This document shows positions 5,282 through 12,785 of a stretch of 30,639 nt of DNA, piece by piece. Source of the stretch: a virus; IMG/VR virus record IMGVR_UViG_3300045988_023566, positions 1 to 30,639 of that record; one strand, written 5' to 3'. The position numbers were made by a program, and so were the translations under genes. The notes under the pieces are model-generated. The model was given only the letters and a program-made list of their open reading frames with translations. It ran no database searches and was not told the DNA's origin. Within the stretch, counting starts at the first letter, position 1; every line of letters begins with the position of its first letter.

Positions 5282-6037
5282 ATGTCCACAGTAAACGACA
5301 ACAACTTCGTCACGATCCAAGGCTGGATGCGTACCAAGCTCAACCTCAAAGGCAACGAACTACTCGCCTACGCCGTCATCTACGGCTTCTCACAGACGGA
5401 CGGTGCCAAATTCACCGGCTCCAGAAAATACCTCGCCGAGTGGTGCGGATGTTCCATGGCCACGATCGACAGAACACTCAACTCCCTCGTCGGCAAAGGT
5501 CTCATCTCAAGGACCTCATACATCACAAAGCACGGCTACCGCGCCGTTGAATACGCAGCCATGGGTCCGACCCACACCGACGAACCCTCCGACACGAAAC
5601 CCCGAACCGCGGACACGGACGACCCACAAACGCCAGCCGACGAACCCCAGCCGCTCCTCGACGAGCCGCAAGCCCCCGCACACCCGAAGGAACCCGACCC
5701 CACCGAAGAAGTCGTAGACCACCTCAACCAGCGTGCCGGCACCAACTACAAGGCCACCACCGCAAGCACACGCAAACTCATCAATGCACGGCTCAAGGAA
5801 GGCTTCACCGTCGACGAAATCAAGACCGTCATCGACAAGAAATGCGCCGACTGGCTCAACAACCGCGACATGGCCAAATACCTCCGCCCCGAAACCCTTT
5901 TCGGTCCGAAATTCGAAGGCTACCTCAACGCCAAGTCAATGCCACAAAACAACCCGAACAACACGACCTCCAACTATTCACCGTACTGCCCGCCAGTACC
6001 TGAAGGTACCGAACCAAGCTGCACGGTCGGATGGTGA
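5282..6037 (+). CDS. Replication initiator / replisome organizer (N-terminal wHTH, Pro/Asp/Glu-rich linker, conserved phage C-terminal DnaD-like domain)
   Basis: The N-terminus FVTIQGWMRTKLNLKGNELLAYAVIYGFSQ...SRKYLAEWCGCSMATIDRTLNSLVGKGLISR is the typical HTH of phage replication proteins. The C-terminus EVVDHLNQRAGTNYKATTASTRKLINARLKEGFTVDEIKTVIDKKCADWLNNRDMAKYLRPETLFGPKFEGYLN matches the 'conserved phage C-terminus' pattern. Start 5282 is preferred over the track start 5249 because of the SD. Confidence 0.8.
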   Translation: MSTVNDNNFVTIQGWMRTKLNLKGNELLAYAVIYGFSQTDGAKFTGSRKYLAEWCGCSMATIDRTLNSLVGKGLISRTSYITKHGYRAVEYAAMGPTHTDEPSDTKPRTADTDDPQTPADEPQPLLDEPQAPAHPKEPDPTEEVVDHLNQRAGTNYKATTASTRKLINARLKEGFTVDEIKTVIDKKCADWLNNRDMAKYLRPETLFGPKFEGYLNAKSMPQNNPNNTTSNYSPYCPPVPEGTEPSCTVGW

Positions 6038-6099
6038 GACACGACCCCAGCCGATAACCGCACACAAGCGTTACCGGCCCCTACCTATAACCCGGTAAC

Positions 6100-6140
6100 G
6101 ACACGCCGAAACCCCCCACAACACATACATGAGATACAAT
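6100..6140 (+). promoter_or_regulatory. Inverted GACACGCC motif plus TACAAT -10 upstream of the loader gene
   Basis: GACACGCC at 6100-6107 is the reverse complement of GGCGTGTC. TACAAT lies at 6135-6140 inside the palindrome ATACATGagatacaatcaCATGTAT. It is preceded by the hairpin CGTTACCGG (6069-6077) with CCGGTAACG (6092-6100). Confidence 0.4.
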
Positions 6141-6169
6141 CACATGTATACACAACGAAAGGAATACTA

Positions 6170-7015
6170 ATGGAAACCAACATCATCGAAACCATAGCCC
6201 GCAAGGCAAGCCAAGACAGCCACTACGAAGAAGGCGACTACCTCAACGAGGACGGCCTCCTCATGTGCGGCAAATGCCACACCCCAAAACAATGCCGCTT
6301 CATCGCCAAATGGGACAGCAAAGAGAAGAAACCGTACACGCCCTGCGACTGCGCACGCGAACGCCGGAAAACCGAAGAACAAGCCCGACGAGAACAAGAC
6401 ATGCGGATCGAAGTCCAACGTCTCAGAAAACTAGGCTTCCCCGACGCAGAAATGGCCAACTGGACATTCACCAACGACGACAGAACGAACAAGAACGCAT
6501 CCGACATCGCACACCGATACGTCAACAATTTCACGGAAATGAAAAAACACGGCAAAGGATTACTATTCCACGGCCCCGTCGGCAGCGGCAAAACGTTCCT
6601 CGCGGCAGCCATCGCAAACGAACTCATCAACCAAGGCCACCCATGCATGGTGACCAACTTCGCCCGAATCACGAACACGATTCAAGGAATGTTCGAAGGC
6701 AAGCAAAGATACCTCGACGACTTCAACCGACTGGATCTGCTGGTCATCGACGATTTAAACGCGGAACGCAACACGTCTTTCATGAACGAAATGATTTTCA
6801 ACATCATCGACTCGAGGTATCGGAGTGGGAAACCGCTCATCATCACGACCAACCTCTCGAAGGAAGAATTAATAGGCCAGACGGACACTTGCAGACAGCG
6901 CATCTACAGTCGACTGGTTGAAATGTGCTTCCCAGTAGAAGTCAATAACACGGATAGAAGAAAAAGAAAAGCCCGTAACGATTCAGAAGACTTGAGGAAA
7001 CTCCTCTATCTGTGA
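6170..7015 (+). CDS. DnaC/IstB-like AAA+ helicase loader
   Basis: Walker A GPVGSGKTFLAAAIANEL, Walker B LDLLVIDDL, then RYRSGKPLIITTN. An N-terminal Cys-rich segment (CGKCH...PCDC) is present. Confidence 0.88.
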   Translation: METNIIETIARKASQDSHYEEGDYLNEDGLLMCGKCHTPKQCRFIAKWDSKEKKPYTPCDCARERRKTEEQARREQDMRIEVQRLRKLGFPDAEMANWTFTNDDRTNKNASDIAHRYVNNFTEMKKHGKGLLFHGPVGSGKTFLAAAIANELINQGHPCMVTNFARITNTIQGMFEGKQRYLDDFNRLDLLVIDDLNAERNTSFMNEMIFNIIDSRYRSGKPLIITTNLSKEELIGQTDTCRQRIYSRLVEMCFPVEVNNTDRRKRKARNDSEDLRKLLYL

Positions 7016-7045
7016 CAGCACCCCAACAAGACAAAGGAAACCGAA

Positions 7046-7354
7046 ATGGACAACAAGGAAAACCTGCAAAACCTGCAAAACCTATTCAGCGTCATCGATG
7101 GGTGCCTGCCCTACGAATACGACGAGACTTTCCTCAACGGCGAAGGCACGTACGACAGCATCTTAATCATCAAAGAAAACTCCGACCGCATCATGCAAAT
7201 CTCCGCAAGTGAACTAAACGACGACACTTTCACCGTGCTCGTATACGATGACGGCGATGACCCTGCCAAAGACGGCGAAGTCTACCTGTGGAACACCGAT
7301 TCTCCGGACTTCACCCTCGATAACATCCTAACCGCCATCAAGAACAGCCTCTAA
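7046..7354 (+). CDS. Small acidic protein, paralog A of a three-member tandem family
   Basis: SD caaaggaaaccgaaATG. 102 aa, rich in D/E with few K/R. It shares LPYEYDE, SDR.M.I.A, YDD..DDP and C-terminal I..I..S blocks with 7500..7799. Confidence 0.8.
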   Translation: MDNKENLQNLQNLFSVIDGCLPYEYDETFLNGEGTYDSILIIKENSDRIMQISASELNDDTFTVLVYDDGDDPAKDGEVYLWNTDSPDFTLDNILTAIKNSL

Positions 7355-7371
7355 CCGATGCCCCACATCAA

Positions 7372-7406
7372 GGCGACACGCGTAAAAAACGTGCCGCCTT
7401 TTTTTT
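7372..7406 (+). terminator. Rho-independent terminator (9-bp stem with one mismatch, plus T8)
   Basis: GGCGACACG (7372-7380) pairs with CGTGCCGCC (7390-7398) and is followed by TTTTTTTT (7399-7406). Confidence 0.8.
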
Positions 7407-7413
7407 ACCCATC

Positions 7414-7451
7414 GGCGTGTCACGTCTCGTAACCGGGTATAGTGATACATA
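7414..7451 (+). promoter_or_regulatory. Candidate promoter P2: GGCGTGTC motif plus TATAGT / TGATACATA
   Basis: GGCGTGTC at 7414-7421, TATAGT at 7438-7443 overlapping TGaTACATA at 7443-7451; upstream of 7500..7799. Confidence 0.5.
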
Positions 7452-7499
7452 TCAGGCAAGGAAAACACCAAGCCACAAAAAAGAAAAGGAAACCAGAAA

Positions 7500-7799
7500 A
7501 TGAGCAGCCGTATAATCCTGAAACTCCTATTCACCGCGTTGCAAGGAAGCCTCCCCTACGAATACGACGAGAAATACGTCAACGACATGGGACGGGGAGA
7601 CACCATTATCATCAGCAAAACAGGCTCAGACCGCAGCATGCATATCACCGCAAACAAGCCCTACGGCAGCAGCGTCCTCGACCTGGCCCTATACGACGAC
7701 ACCTGCGACGACGACCCACTCGAAATCAGCCAATGGGACGCCGACGACCCGTCCTTCGTCTTCCTAGACCTCATCACCTACATCGAAAAAAGCTTCTAA
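7500..7799 (+). CDS. Small acidic protein, paralog B
   Basis: SD aaaaggaaaccagaaaATG. 99 aa and collinear with paralog A (LPYEYDEKY, GSDRSMHITA, LYDDTCDDDP, DDPSFVFLDLITYIEKSF). Confidence 0.8.
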   Translation: MSSRIILKLLFTALQGSLPYEYDEKYVNDMGRGDTIIISKTGSDRSMHITANKPYGSSVLDLALYDDTCDDDPLEISQWDADDPSFVFLDLITYIEKSF

Positions 7800-7828
7800 C
7801 CGACACCGACACAAGAAAGGAAACAAAA

Positions 7829-8128
7829 ATGGCTGACAACAACAACGTCAGGGACATCATCCACGAACTAGCAGACACACTGGCATACCTCGGCGACGAC
7901 TACACGCTAACAGGAACCGAATGCGACCCAGGCGATTCAGCAGTGCGCATCATAAAACGGGGCAGCGAGAAGACCGTGTACATCATCGCCTACAGCGACC
8001 CGGACGACACCGAAATAAGGGTGTACGACGAACACGACGAACTAACCACCCAAAGCTCCTTCTACAACGGCGCATTCGGCAATCTCTACCCGGAAGACGT
8101 CGCAGACTGCATCAGAAAATCGCTATGA
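7829..8128 (+). CDS. Small acidic protein, divergent paralog C
   Basis: SD aagaaaggaaacaaaaATG. 99 aa: MADNNNVRDIIHELADTLAYLGDDY...RVYDEHDE...DVADCIRKSL. Same length and block order as A and B, but more diverged. It is in-frame with the 3' part of track ORF 7442..8128. Confidence 0.75.
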   Translation: MADNNNVRDIIHELADTLAYLGDDYTLTGTECDPGDSAVRIIKRGSEKTVYIIAYSDPDDTEIRVYDEHDELTTQSSFYNGAFGNLYPEDVADCIRKSL

Positions 8129-8586
8129 AAGGCACAGTGACCCACATGGCCAAAAGAAAAACCAAAGAACCAATCAAAATCGACCTCACCGATCAAGACA
8201 CAATGGACTGGATCAACGAAATGCGCGACAGCCGACCATCCGCCGACGAACGACGCAAAATCAGCGACTGGAGATACTATCACAGCCACAAGGAGGAAAG
8301 AGCCGAAGCGAACCGCAAATGGAGGGAGGAACACGCAGAACAATACGAGGCAAAACAGAAAGAATACCACTCAGCCCCGAAAACCCTGAAGAAAAAACGC
8401 GAAGCCGCACGCCTCCGATACCACACTGACCCGGAATGGAGGGAGAAAATGCTCGCCAAACAGCGAGCACGATACCATGCGATGACCACGGAGCAAAAAG
8501 CCGAATACGTCAGGAAGCAACGCGAACGAGCACGCATACGACGAGCCAAAGCCAAAGCCGCAAAAGAAGCAAAGGAAAACAAATGA
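8125..8586 (+). CDS. Lys/Arg/Glu-rich protein with three R-Y-(Y)-H repeats (function unknown)
   Basis: ATGA start/stop overlap with the upstream gene. MKGTVTHMAKRKTKEP...DWRYYHSHKEERAEANRKW...ARLRYHTDPEWREKMLAKQ...RARYHAMTTEQKAEYVRKQ...AKAKAAKEAKENK. Likely helical or nucleic-acid binding (inference). Confidence 0.65.
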   Translation: MKGTVTHMAKRKTKEPIKIDLTDQDTMDWINEMRDSRPSADERRKISDWRYYHSHKEERAEANRKWREEHAEQYEAKQKEYHSAPKTLKKKREAARLRYHTDPEWREKMLAKQRARYHAMTTEQKAEYVRKQRERARIRRAKAKAAKEAKENK

Positions 8587-8951
8587 CAGACAACATCAAC
8601 CATCCCACGCACTACAACGGCCGCAACATAGGCTACGAATGCATCCTCCTCGCCAAACGCCAATACTTCTGCACCGGCAACGTCATCAAATACCTATGGC
8701 GATACAAGGACAAAGGGGACCCCATCGAAGACCTGAAAAAAGCCCGATGGTACGCGCGGAAAGCGGCCACAAGACACGAAAAGACGGAAAACTCCGGCAG
8801 GTGCGGCCTCATCGTCCGCAAGCTCGTCGCATCAACCACCGGCCTCGAAAGAGCCGCATGGTATTGCATCGGACGAAGCGACTGGCATCTGGTCATCGAA
8901 GCAATCAACCGAATGATGAAGGAAGAAGAAGACAATGCGCAAGCTAAATGA
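8583..8951 (+). CDS. DUF3310-family phage protein
   Basis: ATGA overlap with the upstream gene. NHPTHYNGRNIGYECILLAK...GNVIKYLWRYKDKGDPIEDLKKARWY matches the DUF3310 signature (HP.HY...iE.i......gNaiKYl.R...K....eDL.KA..Y). Confidence 0.8.
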   Translation: MTDNINHPTHYNGRNIGYECILLAKRQYFCTGNVIKYLWRYKDKGDPIEDLKKARWYARKAATRHEKTENSGRCGLIVRKLVASTTGLERAAWYCIGRSDWHLVIEAINRMMKEEEDNAQAK

Positions 8952-9108
8952 CGTCCCACTCGACCGGCTTCTGATCGAACATTACCTCTTCGATCTCGAC
9001 CAGTCGGTCGAGAAGACCGCCGAAATCCTCGACATGGACGAGGACTACGTCAGGGAGATCCACGACAATTACATGAAATTCATCATGCCGACAAGGAGTA
9101 GAAAATGA
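8935..9108 (+). CDS. Small protein (57 aa), possible HTH; below the ORF-track cutoff
   Basis: ATG 8935 overlaps the end of the DUF3310 gene. MRKLNDVPLDRLLIEHYLFDLDQSVEKTAEILDMDEDYVREIHDNYMKFIMPTRSRK resembles a sigma region-4 or small-terminase-type HTH. Codons end in C/A like the neighbours. Confidence 0.5.
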   Translation: MRKLNDVPLDRLLIEHYLFDLDQSVEKTAEILDMDEDYVREIHDNYMKFIMPTRSRK

Positions 9109-9263
9109 AGAAAGCGACGAAAAACCAGATCATCAAATGGCATAATGACGGGCTGACCATCGACGAATTCGCATCGATCATCCCGCAGTATTGCAGGGAG
9201 GAAATCGAAGCCGTCATCAAAGAGTACGAGAAGAAGGAAGCATGGAACCGCCTGATGAGTTGA
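9105..9263 (+). CDS. Small protein (52 aa), possible HTH; below the ORF-track cutoff
   Basis: ATGA overlap and SD aaggagtagaaaATG. MKKATKNQIIKWHNDGLTIDEFASIIPQYCREEIEAVIKEYEKKEAWNRLMS. Confidence 0.5.
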   Translation: MKKATKNQIIKWHNDGLTIDEFASIIPQYCREEIEAVIKEYEKKEAWNRLMS

Positions 9264-9340
9264 TTGCGCTACTGATGCTCACCCTCACGGTACTCATCTC
9301 CTACAGGAGACGGTAAAACACAGGAAAATCTACGGAACAC

Positions 9341-9366
9341 GGCGTGTCACAGTATCGTGGCACGCC
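9341..9366 (+). terminator. 10-bp-stem hairpin GGCGTGTCAC-agtatc-GTGGCACGCC (terminator/operator half of the P3 cassette)
   Basis: The arms are complementary with one U-G pair and are followed by CCTTAT (a weak tail). The region is nearly identical to 12701-12726. Confidence 0.55.
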
Positions 9367-9371
9367 CCTTA

Positions 9372-9380
9372 TGATATATT
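9372..9380 (+). promoter_or_regulatory. Candidate promoter P3, extended -10 TGATATATT
   Basis: TGaTATATT lies 5 nt after the hairpin and about 50 nt upstream of ATG 9431. The same 9-mer occurs at 12732-12740. Confidence 0.55.
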
Positions 9381-9430
9381 AGACACATCAAGTAAAGAGC
9401 TTGACAAACACAAACACAAAGGAGCAACCA

Positions 9431-9787
9431 ATGAACGCCATCACCACAGACGAAATCAAGGCCATGATGCACAACATCGACGTCCGCCTCGACAGGAAAA
9501 GCCACTACGACACCGACCACGCGCCGAAAGGCGTCATCTACCACGTCGGAGACCACAAATACGTCACCCTCGACGACTACTCCCAAGCCTTCGAAGACTA
9601 TGAATGGGACCACAACGGCGCGGAATGGGCATGCTACCTCTACATGCTCACCAAAAACAATCCGGAACGAATCGACTTCTACGCACAGACCTACAACATC
9701 GGCGGCATGGAAACCCTCGAAGCCATCTACAATAACGTCACCGAATCAACGCCAATGACCGTCGTCTACCCGATCTACAAGCACTGA
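9431..9787 (+). CDS. Hypothetical protein (118 aa)
   Basis: SD acaaaggagcaaccaATG, so the internal start is preferred to the track start at 9401. No motif recognised. Confidence 0.7.
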   Translation: MNAITTDEIKAMMHNIDVRLDRKSHYDTDHAPKGVIYHVGDHKYVTLDDYSQAFEDYEWDHNGAEWACYLYMLTKNNPERIDFYAQTYNIGGMETLEAIYNNVTESTPMTVVYPIYKH

Positions 9788-9818
9788 CCCACGACACAAC
9801 CAGAAAAAGGAGCCAATC

Positions 9819-10421
9819 ATGGAAAACAACAACGGCAACAACCTCAACCACAAATTCGCCGCAGTCCTCAACGAAGTCCCGAACTTCAGCACCGACGAAA
9901 CCGCCAACGCCGGAAGCCGCACCTACAAATACCTCAACCTCGCCACACTCCTCAAGAACATCAAACCGATCTTCGAGAAACACGGGCTCGCATTCACTCA
10001 GAAAGTGACCTTCAACGGCACAGGAGACGGACGCCAAATCCTCGGCACCATCGAAACCGTCATCTTCGACGACACCGACCAGATGACGGTCTGCGAATAC
10101 CCATTCTTCGTGACGGGCGACCCGCAACAGGTCGGAAGCGCCATCACCTACGCACGCCGCTACAGTCTCACCACCGTCCTCGGCATCTTCCCGGACAAGG
10201 ACGACGACGGCGGATACGCGAAGCAGAAGTTCGACACGGCCGACCGGCCGATAGGTGCGGACCAGTACGCCACGCTCGTCAAAGCCATGGACGCGCACGC
10301 CATCCCCGGCGAAGCACGCGGCGAATTCATCAGCGGCACAGTCGGGCGGCCCGTCAAAGGCTGGCGGGGGATCACCCAATCCGACATGACGAAGCTCATG
10401 ACGGCCATCAACAAGATGTAG
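9819..10421 (+). CDS. erf: ERF-family single-strand annealing recombinase
   Basis: SD aaaaggagccaatcATG. YKYLNLATLLKNIKPIFEKHGLAF...QQVGSAITYARRYSLTTVLGIFPDKDDDGG matches the ERF signature (kY..L..vl..v.p.l.k.Gl; GSa.TYaRRY.l...lGi..ddDDDG). Confidence 0.88.
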   Translation: MENNNGNNLNHKFAAVLNEVPNFSTDETANAGSRTYKYLNLATLLKNIKPIFEKHGLAFTQKVTFNGTGDGRQILGTIETVIFDDTDQMTVCEYPFFVTGDPQQVGSAITYARRYSLTTVLGIFPDKDDDGGYAKQKFDTADRPIGADQYATLVKAMDAHAIPGEARGEFISGTVGRPVKGWRGITQSDMTKLMTAINKM

Positions 10422-10427
10422 AACGGA

Positions 10428-10456
10428 AAAGCCCCGATATCACGTCGGGGCTTTCC
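10428..10456 (+). terminator. Rho-independent terminator after erf
   Basis: AAAGCCCCGA-tatcacg-TCGGGGCTTT (10-bp stem), followed by CCC. Confidence 0.75.
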
Positions 10457-10499
10457 CGTATCCAAGCCATGACAGACGGGCATGGCACCGACACTCCAA

Positions 10500-10522
10500 C
10501 ACGCCCTCCCATGTGATATAGT
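10500..10522 (+). promoter_or_regulatory. Candidate promoter: CACGCC half-motif plus extended -10 TGATATAGT
   Basis: CACGCC at 10500-10505 and TGaTATAGT at 10514-10522. The -10 lies inside the palindrome GTGATAT (10513-10519) with ATATCAC (10527-10533). Confidence 0.5.
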
Positions 10523-10549
10523 ATAAATATCACCTAAGAAAGGAAAGCA

Positions 10550-11452
10550 ATGAAAAACATCAACCTATCCCAAGCCAACAACACCAACGCATGGCTCAAC
10601 GAACGCCTAGGCCGCATCACCGGTACCAAAAGCAGCCACCTAGCCCTAGACCACTACCAGCAAACCGACACCAAAAAAATCATCAAATACCGGGACAAGG
10701 CACTCGAACAAGCAAAAAAGGCAACGACAAAAGACGAAACCGAAGAACACTTCCGGACGGCACTAAAATACGACGAACTACTCACCGAAACCGAAGCAAA
10801 AAACAAACGACTCAAAGTAGGCATCGACTTCTGGAAATTCCTAGCCGAAACCATGGCAGAACAGCCAGACGGAGAAAACCCCATGGACCGCGGCCACCGA
10901 CTCGAACCCGAAAACATCCACCTCACCCTCCAACAACTCGGATACGAGGAAAAGGACTGCATCACCGACTGCGGCATCTGGGAAAGCGACGAAGACGACC
11001 GACTCGCATGCAGCCCAGACGCCCACGAAAACACCAAAAACCCAACATGGGCCATCGAATGCAAAAGCCTAGGAAGCGCCTACCACCTCCAAGCCGTCAT
11101 CCCATGGATGATCCACTCGCAACTCATCCGCCAACACACACTGCCGGACAATCTGGCCGACGCAGCCGCACAAGTCCTCCCCCCGGAAACCACGAGCCTC
11201 AAAGCCACCGGCATCGACTTCGTCCCCGACACATACCGGGCGCAAGTCCTCCAATACTTTGTGGTCTGCGACACGCTTGAAACCCTCTACTTCAGCATGT
11301 ACGACCCACGAGTCTACGGAGACGCGCGACACCAAATCATCCCAATCCACCGAAAGGACATCAAAACCCTCATCGCCGACCACAAACGCAAACAACTCAA
11401 CACCCTCCACATCATCGACACACTCACCGAAATGACAGGAGCATCATTCTAA
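10550..11452 (+). CDS. YqaJ/lambda-Exo-like PD-(D/E)XK recombination exonuclease
   Basis: AWLNERLGRITGTKSSHLAL matches the YqaJ N-terminal motif W...R.G.iT.S. SPDAH...WAIECKS matches the D...E.K nuclease motif. It lies adjacent to erf. It carries a roughly 60-aa charged insertion relative to what I expect for the family (inference). Confidence 0.8.
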   Translation: MKNINLSQANNTNAWLNERLGRITGTKSSHLALDHYQQTDTKKIIKYRDKALEQAKKATTKDETEEHFRTALKYDELLTETEAKNKRLKVGIDFWKFLAETMAEQPDGENPMDRGHRLEPENIHLTLQQLGYEEKDCITDCGIWESDEDDRLACSPDAHENTKNPTWAIECKSLGSAYHLQAVIPWMIHSQLIRQHTLPDNLADAAAQVLPPETTSLKATGIDFVPDTYRAQVLQYFVVCDTLETLYFSMYDPRVYGDARHQIIPIHRKDIKTLIADHKRKQLNTLHIIDTLTEMTGASF

Positions 11453-11736
11453 TGACACCAAAAATCCTCCTCACCAGCCCCGCGATATACGTACTCGTAG
11501 AAGGCTGTCCCCGCTGCAATCCAGAAACCATGAAATATCTAAACGAATGCATGACACGAGCACGACAGGCAAACCGAAAACTCCACATCGTGCCATCAGG
11601 CAGCCTAGTAGCAACAATGATGAGAACCATTGCCAAAAACCAAGGACAGCCAATCAAATATCCGATGATACTCATGGACGGCACCATCCAATACACTCAA
11701 CAAGCCATCACCACCACCGAAAGGACTACAGAATGA
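11452..11736 (+). CDS. Thioredoxin/glutaredoxin-fold protein with a CPRC active-site motif
   Basis: 1-nt overlap with the exonuclease stop. AIYVLVEGCPRCNPETMKYLNEC fits a beta1-CxxC-alpha1 arrangement as in NrdH/glutaredoxins. Confidence 0.55.
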   Translation: MTPKILLTSPAIYVLVEGCPRCNPETMKYLNECMTRARQANRKLHIVPSGSLVATMMRTIAKNQGQPIKYPMILMDGTIQYTQQAITTTERTTE

Positions 11737-12068
11737 AAACCACATGGTGGACCGCCGTCATCACCGCAGGACTCACGGCAGGATACGCGACAAGCGTCAC
11801 CCAACTCTCACCCGGCCCCGGATACGTTTTCTCAACCCTACGCAACAAGATCTCCAAAAAAGCCGAAGACGAGAACAACGAACTACTCGCCAGCTTCGGA
11901 TCGCTCGCCTACTGCGGATGGTGCCTCAGCCCATACATGACACTCCCCGCATGGACAGTAGCAGCGAAAGCCGCCCATATCCGCTTCGGCCTCAAATGGC
12001 TCGCCGGATGGGCCACCGCCACCGCAATCGCAGCATACTACCGGCATCAAGCAGAAAGCAGAATATAA
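11733..12068 (+). CDS. Membrane protein, DUF1360-like (CGWC motif)
   Basis: ATGA overlap. MKTTWWTAVITAGLTAGYATSV...LAYCGWCLSPYMTLPAWTVAAK...LAGWATATAIAAYY shows three hydrophobic segments. Start at 11733 is preferred to the track start at 11547. Confidence 0.65.
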   Translation: MKTTWWTAVITAGLTAGYATSVTQLSPGPGYVFSTLRNKISKKAEDENNELLASFGSLAYCGWCLSPYMTLPAWTVAAKAAHIRFGLKWLAGWATATAIAAYYRHQAESRI

Positions 12069-12069
12069 A

Positions 12070-12354
12070 ATGGACACCCCAAAACTCCACGTGCTCACCA
12101 TCCTCTCATTCAAAGCAGTCCCAATCACCGCGGAAACGCTCGTAGACTTCGCTGAAATCGTCGGCTTCAAAGACACCCCGCAAAGCCTAAGAAGCCGTCT
12201 GGTCGAACTCGAACGAGCCGGATACGCGCATCGCGTCGACAGGAACGGTCTCAGCCGACACAACCGCCCTTGCTGGCGGTGGGAACTCACCCAAGACGGC
12301 CGGGAACGCATCCAGCAAGGCAACTTCACAGCAACATCAGGAGAAAGGAAATAA
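12070..12354 (+). CDS. Winged-helix DNA-binding protein (MarR/ArsR-like fold)
   Basis: KLHVLTILSFKAVPITAETLVDFAEIVG...SLRSRLVELERAGYAHRV...RPCWRWELTQDGRERI fits helix-turn-helix plus wing. Confidence 0.65.
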   Translation: MDTPKLHVLTILSFKAVPITAETLVDFAEIVGFKDTPQSLRSRLVELERAGYAHRVDRNGLSRHNRPCWRWELTQDGRERIQQGNFTATSGERK

Positions 12355-12361
12355 AAACACC

Positions 12362-12688
12362 ATGGCAACGAAACCATTCACGGTCACCATCGAAGGCAAA
12401 AAGCTCACGATACATCAGAACGCCTATACGGGGCTTTTCTATTCCATCAGACCGGACGGCAGCCACACCCCAGTCCCCTACAGGCTCATCAAGGAACAGA
12501 CGACCGGCATGCAGCGGCTCAAATACTGGCGAAACCGCTACGGATACACTCAGACGGAACTCGCCAAACTGATCCACGTATCCAGCCCGACCATCATCAT
12601 GATGTGGGAAAACGGGTTGAGGCATCCGCGCAAGGAATACCGGCAGCGGCTCAATGCCAAACTCGGCCACGGCATTTTCTTCGACTGA
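12362..12688 (+). CDS. XRE/Cro-type HTH protein with a roughly 50-aa N-terminal extension
   Basis: LKYWRNRYGYTQTELAKLIHVSSPTIIMMWENGLRHPRKEYRQRLNAKL is a classic HTH_3 pattern. Confidence 0.75.
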   Translation: MATKPFTVTIEGKKLTIHQNAYTGLFYSIRPDGSHTPVPYRLIKEQTTGMQRLKYWRNRYGYTQTELAKLIHVSSPTIIMMWENGLRHPRKEYRQRLNAKLGHGIFFD

Positions 12689-12700
12689 ACCCCATCCAGC

Positions 12701-12730
12701 GGCGTGTCGCAGTATCGCGGCACGCCTTTT
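12701..12730 (+). terminator. Hairpin GGCGTGTCGC-agtatc-GCGGCACGCC plus TTTT (terminator half of the P4 cassette)
   Basis: 10-bp stem with one U-G pair, followed by TTTTAT. Near-duplicate of 9341-9366. Confidence 0.7.
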
Positions 12731-12731
12731 A

Positions 12732-12740
12732 TGATATATT
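12732..12740 (+). promoter_or_regulatory. Candidate promoter P4, extended -10 TGATATATT
   Basis: Identical 9-mer and spacing as P3. Lies upstream of the single gene 12786..13055. Confidence 0.55.
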
Positions 12741-12785
12741 AAAAACGTCAGACGGAAAGCCTACACAACACAAAAGGAGCAAACA

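Noticed and set aside
9260-9316. Tiny hydrophobic ORF (LIALLMLTLTVLISYRRR, TTG start) after gene 9105..9263; possible type I toxin-like peptide.
   Set aside because: Only 18 codons, a non-ATG start and no SD. It cannot be distinguished from chance.
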